A stretch of DNA of 63,561 bases, filler included, from Reclinomonas americana ATCC 50394 (lineage: Eukaryota), in NCBI GenBank assembly GCA_048213135.1. It is 25 parts of 25 records of this genome, joined end to end, with 100 filler letters (N's around TTAATTAATTAA, not from the genome) between each part and the next. Parts side by side here need not be neighbours in the genome. Positions count along the whole stretch, not along the records: positions 35,834 to 38,083 come from AFZH01024309.1; positions 38,184 to 40,833 come from AFZH01024310.1; positions 40,934 to 44,248 come from AFZH01024311.1; 22 more parts are not named here. One strand, 5' to 3'. The notes under the pieces were generated by a model that was not told the origin of the DNA, made no database searches, and saw nothing but the letters and a program-made list of their open reading frames with translations. A program made the translations under genes and the position numbers. Positions 36,214 to 44,348 of this stretch are shown piece by piece; position 1 is the first letter of the stretch; every line of letters starts with the position of its first letter.

Positions 36214-36921
36214 GTGGGAATGATGCTGCCGGACGAGCTCATCTGGGTGATGGACAAGCTGGGCCTCGAATGGCCCGACATCGATGAGGACGAGGTGCGG
36301 AAGGCCGCCGTCTACGTGCGCGCCTACCGCGACGACATGGAGTCGCTCGTGCAGACCGCCGATCGTCGGATCAACGGCGAGCTGGCGTCTGCGATGCGCG
36401 GCGAGGCCGGCACGGCGCACGTGACCGGCTGGAACCGCAACCGCTCCGAGAACGTGCAGCAGCTGCTCGACATCCTGGGGCCCGCGGCCGTGGGCATCGA
36501 CATCGCCGCCGACATCGTGCTCGCGCTGAAGGTGAAGGTGATCGTCGATGTCACCGTCACCCTCGCCCAGCTGATCCCGCTGCTCGCCGCTGGCCCCTTC
36601 GGGGCGGGCGGGGCTGCGCTGCTGATCATCGCGCGGAAGAAGCTCTTCTCGATGGCGATGGAGATCACCCTCGAGAAGGTCATCGACGAGGTGCTCCCGC
36701 TGGCGATCGAACCCCTCGCCGAGCAGGTCCCCGGGCTGGTCATGGCACTCATGGACGCGCCCGTGGTGGAGGGGACGGTCGGCGACGTCGACGAGTTCTT
36801 CGCCGATCTCGACGCTCTCGATCAGGCGGCGACCGACATGGATGCGCACGCCGCCGACGTGGAGGAGCTCACCGATCGTCTGCTCGCCGACATCGCCAAC
36901 CTGCAGATCTCGGGGGACTGA
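36214..36921 (+). CDS. WXG100-like/CpnT N-terminal-like T7SS substrate or partner
   Basis: LPDELIWVMDKLGLEWPDIDEDEVR, MRGEAG, hydrophobic hairpin, acidic C-terminal helix; GGAGG RBS. Confidence 0.8.
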   Translation: MGMMLPDELIWVMDKLGLEWPDIDEDEVRKAAVYVRAYRDDMESLVQTADRRINGELASAMRGEAGTAHVTGWNRNRSENVQQLLDILGPAAVGIDIAADIVLALKVKVIVDVTVTLAQLIPLLAAGPFGAGGAALLIIARKKLFSMAMEITLEKVIDEVLPLAIEPLAEQVPGLVMALMDAPVVEGTVGDVDEFFADLDALDQAATDMDAHAADVEELTDRLLADIANLQISGD

Positions 36922-36924
36922 CCC

Positions 36925-37566
36925 ATGACCTTGAAGAAGCTGATGCGAGACCTGGTCGATGCAGTGGACGGTGCAGGGCACGAGTTCAAGCAGGGGTTCT
37001 CGAGCGCCTTCCGCAAACGCGGCGGCAAGCACCGGGCGGACGCCGACGTCATCCGCGGGTGGGATCGGCGCAATGTGGACTATGAGCCGCGGCATCGTGG
37101 GGACGGCAAGACGCCCACCTCGCATGCGAGGGACTACGACATCCGCGACGACGTGCGGCGCGGTCTCGAGTCGCTCGGGCACGTGCCGAAGCACGCCGAC
37201 CCCGACTACGACACCGCCCGCGATCTCGGGACCTCGCTGGGCAAGGATGTCCGCGGCCTCCCCGGCGACGTGCTCGACGAGGTGAAGGGCGTGCCGAAGA
37301 AGGCACCGAAGCAGCTGGTCGAGGAGCTGTACGAGGACGCGATCGGGCAGGACAGCCCCGACAAGTACGGCGAGACGGCGCAGGGAGACATGCGCTTCCT
37401 CGCACCCGCGAGCGAAGCCTCGGATCTCAGTGGCCTGAGCAACAGCGAACTGGAGGCGCGGTTCGGGCTGGCGCCGGGTTCCCTCGACGGGGCGACCGTC
37501 GAGGTCACGTCGATCCCCGGCTCGCGCTTCACGAGCGTCGAGATCGAGCGTCCCGACGGGAGGTGA
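36925..37566 (+). CDS. Putative effector with a short helical N-terminal leader and an unknown C-terminal domain
   Basis: Starts 3 nt after the WXG-like gene; leader motif HRADADVIRGWDR resembles HVDDVAVRVRGQDR of the 38184 toxin. Confidence 0.6.
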   Translation: MTLKKLMRDLVDAVDGAGHEFKQGFSSAFRKRGGKHRADADVIRGWDRRNVDYEPRHRGDGKTPTSHARDYDIRDDVRRGLESLGHVPKHADPDYDTARDLGTSLGKDVRGLPGDVLDEVKGVPKKAPKQLVEELYEDAIGQDSPDKYGETAQGDMRFLAPASEASDLSGLSNSELEARFGLAPGSLDGATVEVTSIPGSRFTSVEIERPDGR

Positions 37567-37578
37567 TCCTTCCCTGGT

Positions 37579-37625
37579 CGGGGGAGCGCTGCCCATGGTG
37601 GGGATGAGTGACTCCCACGTACAGT
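37579..37625 (+). promoter_or_regulatory. Palindromic operator plus -10 (TACAGT) upstream of WXG-like gene 2
   Basis: CGGGGGA-GCGC-TGCCCAT; the -10 begins 24 nt after the motif end. Confidence 0.55.
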
Positions 37626-37644
37626 CTGTGCAGGAGGTGTCGCT

Positions 37645-38083
37645 GTGGGAATGATGTTGCCGAATGAGCTTGTCTGGGTGATGGAGAAGCTGGGTTTCGA
37701 GTGGCCGGATATCGATGAGGATGAGGTGCGTAAGGGGGCGACCCTGGTGCGGAACTTCGGGTCGGATCTGGAGGATGTGATCCAGGCGGTGGACCGTCAG
37801 GTGAACGGTGACCTGGGTGGGGCGCTGCGGGGGCAGACGGGTCCGGCGACGATGTCCGCGTGGAACACGAACCGTTCGCAGAATCTGCAGCAGCTGATCG
37901 ACATCATGCCGCCGGCCGCGACGGCGATGGATGTCGGGGCGGATGCGATCTTCGCGTTGAAGATGAAGGTCATCGTCGATGTGTCGTCGACGCTGATCAC
38001 GTTGGTCGCGATGCTGACGAACCCGATCACGGCGGCGGGTGCGGGGCCGATGCTGTTGATCAAGAAGAAGCTGTTGAACGCGG
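37645..38083 (+). CDS. Second WXG100-like/CpnT-N-like protein (3' partial)
   Basis: Paralog of 36214 (LPNELVWVMEKLGFEWPDIDEDEVRK); AGGAGG RBS. Confidence 0.8.
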
Positions 38084-38183
38084 NNNNNNNNNNNNNNNNN
38101 NNNNNNNNNNNNNNNNNNNNNNNNNNNTTAATTAATTAANNNNNNNNNNNNNNNNNNNNNNNNNNNNNNNNNNNNNNNNNNNN

Positions 38184-38702
38184 AAGGACAAACTGCACCA
38201 GCTCGCCGACAACATCACGAAGCACGTCGATGACGTCGCCGTCCGGGTGCGCGGCCAGGACCGGTTCGACAACCCCAACGGCAACGGGGGTTCCGGGAAC
38301 GGTCCCGACACCGATCGTCCGGGCGACGGCGACGCGCCGGCGCCTCGCAACGATGGACGAGACGACCGGGGTCGGTTCGTAGGAGACGGCAATCGACCGT
38401 GGGTTGATCGTGAGCAGATCGGGTTGGACAACGTCGCCAACCGAGAAGGCGTCGATGTCATTCGCGATCAGGTCGCGTCGCGGCACCCGAGCACGGGCGA
38501 CCAGATCCGCTACTACGACGGCCTGTTCGCGAACGCCGACGGCACCTACACGGGTATCGAGGTCAAGAGCGGCTCAGCCTCCCGAAACCCTGCGCAGACG
38601 TTGTTCGACGGAGCCGTTAGTGTAGAGACGCCCGCGATCGCGAACCTGCCGAACGTCGGGCAGATCAGCATCGTGCAAGTCATTCTGGAGAGGGTGCCAT
38701 GA
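38184..38702 (+). CDS. Polymorphic toxin with a C-terminal restriction-endonuclease-fold (PD-(D/E)xK) nuclease (5' partial)
   Basis: E...RYYDGL...GIEVKSGSA...Q after a G/D/N-rich linker; stop overlaps the next start (ATGA). Confidence 0.75.
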   Translation, partial: KDKLHQLADNITKHVDDVAVRVRGQDRFDNPNGNGGSGNGPDTDRPGDGDAPAPRNDGRDDRGRFVGDGNRPWVDREQIGLDNVANREGVDVIRDQVASRHPSTGDQIRYYDGLFANADGTYTGIEVKSGSASRNPAQTLFDGAVSVETPAIANLPNVGQISIVQVILERVP

Positions 38703-39169
38703 CTCGGCATACCCATGTGGTGGAGTCCAACGGCTACAGTCGGGGTCCGCTCATCGACAGCGTGCGTCCGTATCCGGACGCCATCCGCTTCGCCCTGAAC
38801 CGGCTGAACGGCACGTCGTTCTGGGCGTACAGCCTGTGGCGCGCCCCCGCGGGCACCGACTTCCTGGAGGACATCCCCGTCTCTGACGAGTACATGCAGA
38901 GTGCGGGGACGGCAGGGGCGCTGACCGTCGAGGTGCGCGTGCTCGACGAGAACGGCGTCGCACACCAGTACACGGTCGGAAAGCCGGGCGAGACGCCGAC
39001 CGGAGCGCCCGCCGAGATCATCCGGTGGGACGAGGGACGCCACAGCACTGCGGTCTATCCGCACGAGGTGTTCACCGCGGACGAAGCAGCCGATCTGTTC
39101 TATGCCTATTTCCAGACTGACGAAGTCCCCGATTCGTACACACTTCGCGAGCTCGATCTGACGCGCTGA
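38699..39169 (+). CDS. Putative cognate immunity protein
   Basis: Translationally coupled to the toxin; acidic; EVFTADEAADLFYAYF C-terminal motif; a paralog starts at 40784. Confidence 0.65.
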   Translation: MTRHTHVVESNGYSRGPLIDSVRPYPDAIRFALNRLNGTSFWAYSLWRAPAGTDFLEDIPVSDEYMQSAGTAGALTVEVRVLDENGVAHQYTVGKPGETPTGAPAEIIRWDEGRHSTAVYPHEVFTADEAADLFYAYFQTDEVPDSYTLRELDLTR

Positions 39170-39223
39170 GCGGGAGTCGATCGCCGCCATCCGTCCTCGG
39201 AAACGGGTATGACTAGGACCACC

Positions 39224-39808
39224 ATGACGGAGCGATACATCTACACAGACAAAGTCGGAGCAGGTCCGGAGCACCCGAAGAAGCAATGGGGACTCTTCAG
39301 CAAGGAGTTGACGACGGATGAGGCCGTCGCTCGCTACGACCTCGATGCCGCACGTCGCGAGGACTGGTTCGGAGTGGTGCTCCAGTCCGACGATCAGCGG
39401 CCGCACGCCTACCTGCAGATGTGCCCGAGGGCCAATGGGGTGGAGATGCACACGCTGAACGCGCAGGGAAGCGTCGACGTCGCCTACACCTGGCGCGCTT
39501 ATTACGCACCGTCCGATTCAGCGCACGACGACGGCGACGACAGCCGGATCTTCTTGAGCGCGATCACGTGGTACGCCTATCCGGACGAGTTGCGCTTCTA
39601 TCTGAGGAACGCGTCCGTGGGCAACGTGTCGATGACATTCGGTCCCGACGGTTACGGCAAGGAGGAACGGGTCACGAAACGGGGTTTCGGCGAGCCCGCG
39701 GACGTGGAGACGCGCGAGTTCCGCAACGTCGAGGTGACCGCCAACTGGACCAGAATCCCGGACTTCGGTGACTGGGGTGCCTTCTTCCACCCCGAGACTC
39801 AGAAGTGA
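39224..39808 (+). CDS. Putative orphan immunity protein (start 39209 or 39224)
   Basis: C-terminal NWTRIPDFGDW resembles the NWxxxPxFGxW motif of toxin-linked immunity-like proteins. Confidence 0.6.
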   Translation: MTERYIYTDKVGAGPEHPKKQWGLFSKELTTDEAVARYDLDAARREDWFGVVLQSDDQRPHAYLQMCPRANGVEMHTLNAQGSVDVAYTWRAYYAPSDSAHDDGDDSRIFLSAITWYAYPDELRFYLRNASVGNVSMTFGPDGYGKEERVTKRGFGEPADVETREFRNVEVTANWTRIPDFGDWGAFFHPETQK

Positions 39809-39848
39809 CCGGTAAGACCCATGACGCGCTAGGAAACCGAGGTATCGG

Positions 39849-40757
39849 ATGATCCAGGGTGACGTCTTCACCTTCCTGAACGCCCTCGGCGCACGGGAAG
39901 GAGATCCGCGCCTGGAGGAGGCTCTGGCGTTCGTCGGCGGTCCGCACGAGGATGAGGTGTTCGACGACGGCGGCGTGCCGGAGAAGTACCTTGTCATGAC
40001 GGATCGCGGCGTCGACTTCCTGCTGAAGGACGGCGTGCTCACCACGGTCTTCGTCTACGCGACCGACACCCCGGATCAGGGCATCTACGGCGGATGGGAG
40101 AGCCTCGTCGCCGGAGTCGGCTCCGATGCGTCATCCGACGCTGTCGTGCAGGCGCTCGGCGCATCGCTGCGGGCCACCGAGTCTTTCGTGCGGTATCAAG
40201 CAGGCCCGGGGTTCGTGCAGTTCGACTTCGACGAGGACGCGCTCAAGATGCTCGTCGTCATGCAGGAGGTCGTCGGCGGCGACGCTCCGCAGGCCGCGGC
40301 CGATGAGGTCGAGGGTGCGGAGACCGTCGAGGGTGACCTCGCCGTCTTCATGCGCGCTGTCGGCCACCCGATGTTCTCCTCGGCGCACATGGCGCTGATC
40401 GGGCTCGCCGGTCCGGCGACCGAGTCCTACGACGAGGAGCGCGGCGGTGCGATGTGGCAGTACGAGGATTCGGCCAGAACCGGTGTCACGCTCCAGTTCA
40501 CGCAGGACGTGCTGGTGGGCGCGCTCATCAAGCTCCGAGCGGAGGACGGCAAGCCCGGCTATCCGACGCCCGAGCTCTTGATCGCCGGCCTGGCCCTGCC
40601 GGCGAGCCGCGACACCATCGGGGCGCATTTCGGGACCCCGCGACAGACGAGCCAGCAGATGGATCTCTACCTGGTGGATGGCCGCTATCTGCGCTTCGAC
40701 TTCGATGCGGGACTGAGCACGGCCGTCACCGTCGTGCTGCCCGGCGCCGAGGCGTGA
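39849..40757 (+). CDS. Internally duplicated two-domain protein, putative immunity
   Basis: Halves align: GDVFTFLNALG/GDLAVFMRAVG, GVDFLLKDGVL/GVTLQFTQDVL, VQFDFD/LRFDFD. Confidence 0.65.
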   Translation: MIQGDVFTFLNALGAREGDPRLEEALAFVGGPHEDEVFDDGGVPEKYLVMTDRGVDFLLKDGVLTTVFVYATDTPDQGIYGGWESLVAGVGSDASSDAVVQALGASLRATESFVRYQAGPGFVQFDFDEDALKMLVVMQEVVGGDAPQAAADEVEGAETVEGDLAVFMRAVGHPMFSSAHMALIGLAGPATESYDEERGGAMWQYEDSARTGVTLQFTQDVLVGALIKLRAEDGKPGYPTPELLIAGLALPASRDTIGAHFGTPRQTSQQMDLYLVDGRYLRFDFDAGLSTAVTVVLPGAEA

Positions 40758-40783
40758 GACCCGAGCACCGAACCAGGAGATCC

Positions 40784-40833
40784 ATGAGCCGTCACACCCA
40801 TGTGGTGGAGTCCAACGGATACAGTCGGGGCCC
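40784..40833 (+). CDS. Start of a second copy of the 38699 immunity gene
   Basis: MSRHTHVVESNGYSRG vs MTRHTHVVESNGYSRG; own AGGAG RBS. Confidence 0.7.
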
Positions 40834-40934
40834 NNNNNNNNNNNNNNNNNNNNNNNNNNNNNNNNNNNNNNNNNNNNTTAATTAATTAANNNNNNNNNNN
40901 NNNNNNNNNNNNNNNNNNNNNNNNNNNNNNNNNC

Positions 40935-41096
40935 CCACCCGACGTCCCCCGCGTGGGTGACGGGAACGTGAACTCGTCGCTCGGGAGGCAGTGGCAAGAG
41001 CGGGTGGCAGATCTCGATGCCGCGGTCATCGACTTCATGCAGCAGAACCCCGGTGTCGACCTGAACACCGTCTTCATGAACATTCACTTCCGATAG
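40935..41096 (+). CDS. C-terminus of an Ntox15 (Tde1-like) DNase toxin; absent from the ORF track
   Basis: VGDGNVNSSLGRQWQERVADLD...MNIHF* matches the Ntox15 GD..VNSSIG.QW..R...LD pattern; followed by a Tdi1-type gene. Confidence 0.8.
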   Translation, partial: PPDVPRVGDGNVNSSLGRQWQERVADLDAAVIDFMQQNPGVDLNTVFMNIHFR

Positions 41097-41105
41097 GTTG
41101 AAAAC

Positions 41106-41666
41106 ATGATCGAGATTTCGGACTTCGTGTCGCACGGGCCGGTCGAGCCGGAGATCATCGAGGCCTACAGGGGCCGCGTTCCCGACGAGGTGATCGAACT
41201 GTGGGAGACCTACGGGTACGGCACCTTCGCGTGGGGGTTCCTGCGCGTGATCAACCCCGCGGTGTACGAGGCGGAGCTGGCGGACTGCATCGGCAAGACC
41301 CAGGGGGACGGCATCGCGATCCCCATCATGGTGTCGGGTCTCGCCGACCTCATCACGTGGGAGCCGAGTATCGGCTTCGTGGGTCTGAAGTACCGCGAGG
41401 GTCGTGCCTCCGGTCTCAACAGCGAGCTGAGCGGGTTCCTGGAGATGCTGCAGCTGGCGGGCCAGGACTACCTGTCCATGACGTTGAACTGGGACATCTT
41501 CCCGAAGGCCGTGGAGGCGCATGGCGAACTGCCGTACGAGCAGTCGTTCACGTTCGTGCCGCTGCGTTCGCTGGGTGGTCCGGAGAAGGTGGAGAACCTC
41601 AAGAAGCGGGAGACGATCGCCGCGATCCAGGTGATGGTCGAGTTCCAGGGCGTCATCGGGCACTGA
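41106..41666 (+). CDS. GAD-like + DUF1851 (Tdi1-type) immunity protein
   Basis: IEAYRGRVPDEVIELWETYGYGTF..GFLRVINP and C-terminal GEL....FTFVPL..LGG....ENL. Confidence 0.85.
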   Translation: MIEISDFVSHGPVEPEIIEAYRGRVPDEVIELWETYGYGTFAWGFLRVINPAVYEAELADCIGKTQGDGIAIPIMVSGLADLITWEPSIGFVGLKYREGRASGLNSELSGFLEMLQLAGQDYLSMTLNWDIFPKAVEAHGELPYEQSFTFVPLRSLGGPEKVENLKKRETIAAIQVMVEFQGVIGH

Positions 41667-41670
41667 CCTC

Positions 41671-42357
41671 ATGCAGGCCATCTTCAAGGAGATCGTCGAC
41701 GGCGAGGACCAGAAGGTCCGCGACCGGATCGCGAGGGATCCTTCCCTCGTCAACCTCGTCGCCACAGGGCAGCCGAAGCAGTACGCAGGCCAGTCCGCTA
41801 TGCAGGTCGCGGTTCGCACGGGTGGCTTCGCGCTTGCGAGGTTCCTGCTCGAGAACGGCGCCGACGCGAACTTCGCCGACACGGATTCGCCGAGCGGGTG
41901 GGCGAAGTCGGTGCTCCACGACGCGGCGGTCGCCGCCGTGATGCGGTCGCGCTGGGTCAAGATGACGATCAACAAGAACTCCGAGAAGGAGTGGAGCGTC
42001 AGGAACAGCGGCGCGGATGCCGACGAGGCCTTCGAGACGCTGGTGACACTGCTCGACGCGGGTGCCGTCGTCGACGCGGTGGACTCGAAGGGTGCCACCC
42101 CGCTCGGGCGCGCTGCCCTGACGGCGAATGACGTGCTTCCTCGGCGCCGCGACGACCAGCCGGAGCGGAACGACGACCGCCCGCTGAATCCGGAGCTCGT
42201 CCACGACCTCTCCCGCATCTTCGAGGCTCTCATGTCGCGCGGGGCCGATCCGGACCAGGTCGAGCCCCAGCTCGGCATGAGCCTCACTCAGTACTACGCG
42301 CACCGACTGGTCGGGAAGTTCCTCGCCGGCGAGGCGCAGCCCGATCCCGCGTCCTGA
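41671..42357 (+). CDS. Ankyrin-repeat protein (putative immunity)
   Basis: GQSAMQVA...FLLENGADAN, LLDAGAVVDAVDSKGATPLGRA, LMSRGADPD. Confidence 0.8.
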   Translation: MQAIFKEIVDGEDQKVRDRIARDPSLVNLVATGQPKQYAGQSAMQVAVRTGGFALARFLLENGADANFADTDSPSGWAKSVLHDAAVAAVMRSRWVKMTINKNSEKEWSVRNSGADADEAFETLVTLLDAGAVVDAVDSKGATPLGRAALTANDVLPRRRDDQPERNDDRPLNPELVHDLSRIFEALMSRGADPDQVEPQLGMSLTQYYAHRLVGKFLAGEAQPDPAS

Positions 42358-42442
42358 CCGAGCGGATCCCGGAAATCCGGTAGTCACCCTCTACCACCGC
42401 CCGAGTCCGAGCGTGGCAGGATGTAGCCCGGGGGGTAGTCAC

Positions 42443-43225
42443 GTGACTGATCGGAATGCGACGGAGCTCGGCGCGGGCACGAAGGTGGCCGAGGGGAAGC
42501 AGATCGTGCCGCTGCGGTTGGAGTTCGCCGGGGAGTGGCACGACCTGCCGCACGACCGGCCGTTCATCATCGGCCGAGAGGGCGACCTCGAGATCGACGA
42601 CAATCCCTATCTTCATCGCCATTTCCTGGAGCTGCAGAACCGGGATGGGCTGTGGTGGCTCGCGAACGTGGGTGTGCGCCTCGCCGCCACGATCTCCAGC
42701 GCCGGCGGTGCCGTCCAGTCCTGGCTCTCGCCCGGAGCCCGCATGCCGCTCGTCTTCGAGCGCAGCGTGATCGTGTTCACCGCGGGGCCCTTCACCTATG
42801 AGCTGAGCCTGCACACCGAGCAAGCCCCCTACGAGGTCTCGCGTCAGGTGGAGATGTCGATGAGCGGCGAGACCACGGTCATGCCGGCCAGCTTCACGCC
42901 GCTGCAGAAGCAGCTCATCGTCGCGCTCGCCGAGCCCATGCTGCGTCGCGAGGGCGTGAGCATGAACGAACTGCCGTCGTCGAGCGACGCCGCCAAGCGC
43001 CTCGGCTGGACCATGAGCAAGTTCAACCGCAAGCTCGACAACGTGTGCGACAAGCTCGACCGCATGGGCGTGCAGGGGCTCCGAGGCGGTGCCGGCAAGC
43101 TGGCGACCAACCGCCGCGCCCGCCTGGTCGAGTACGCGGTGACGTCGCAGGTGGTCACGCGCGCCGACCTGCCGCTGCTCGATGACGAGGCGCTGAGGAA
43201 CCAGAACGACTCCGACGGCGACTGA
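42443..43225 (+). CDS. FHA-like domain plus C-terminal HTH putative regulator
   Basis: FIIGREGDLEIDDNPYLHRHF...LANVG (FHA-like); SSSDAAKRLGWTMSKFNRKLDNVCDKL (HTH-like). Confidence 0.75.
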   Translation: MTDRNATELGAGTKVAEGKQIVPLRLEFAGEWHDLPHDRPFIIGREGDLEIDDNPYLHRHFLELQNRDGLWWLANVGVRLAATISSAGGAVQSWLSPGARMPLVFERSVIVFTAGPFTYELSLHTEQAPYEVSRQVEMSMSGETTVMPASFTPLQKQLIVALAEPMLRREGVSMNELPSSSDAAKRLGWTMSKFNRKLDNVCDKLDRMGVQGLRGGAGKLATNRRARLVEYAVTSQVVTRADLPLLDDEALRNQNDSDGD

Positions 43226-43243
43226 GACCCGCCGCGGCAGCGC

Positions 43244-43714
43244 TCAGCGCGTCGCGTCGGCCAGGTGGCGTGCGTTGTGGTTCAGCACCTTCACGATGAT
43301 CCCGTGCCGGCGCAGCTCTGCGGCCGTGCGCCTGCCCTCTTCGGCGTCGCGGCCGAGGGCGTTGATGTTCGCGACGACCAGCACGTCGCCGACGTTGAGC
43401 GTCGCGATGAGGCGGCCGAGCCGGTCGCCCCAGCTCTCGAGGATGTCGGGCGCCGGGTGACGGAACCCTTCGATCGGCACGCCGAAGCGGGTGAGATCGT
43501 CGCGCTGCTCGACGACCGACGGCATCCCCTCGCGGGAGACGACCAGGCCGACCAGGCGTGAGCCGACCGGGCGGGCGAGCCACCAGTCGCGGTTCTGCTG
43601 CAGCTCGGTGAAGCACTTGGGGCACTCGGCCGCGGCGTGCGGCAGGTGCAGCGGGCTGGTGAGGGCTTCGTCGACGGATGCCGCTGCCTTCGTGGGATCG
43701 ATCGTCTCGCTCAT
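43244..43714 (-). CDS. Resolvase-N-terminal-like protein
   Basis: [22 protein letters not shown] resembles resolvase L..GD.LVV..LDRLGR; lacks the Y.RVS motif. Confidence 0.6.
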   Translation of the reverse strand: MSETIDPTKAAASVDEALTSPLHLPHAAAECPKCFTELQQNRDWWLARPVGSRLVGLVVSREGMPSVVEQRDDLTRFGVPIEGFRHPAPDILESWGDRLGRLIATLNVGDVLVVANINALGRDAEEGRRTAAELRRHGIIVKVLNHNARHLADATR

Positions 43715-43768
43715 CGCGCACCTCCAGGCTCCATTCTGCCCTGATCCGGCCTCGCGCGGCGACCACTC

Positions 43769-44248
<480 letters not shown>

Positions 44249-44348
44249 NNNNNNNNNNNNNNNNNNNNNNNNNNNNNNNNNNNNNNNNNNNNTTAATTAA
44301 TTAANNNNNNNNNNNNNNNNNNNNNNNNNNNNNNNNNNNNNNNNNNNN

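Noticed and set aside
30634..37596. Long antisense ORFs (30634-32397, 35782-37596 and similar)
   Set aside because: They are shadows of high-GC genes on the opposite strand and have no recognisable motifs.
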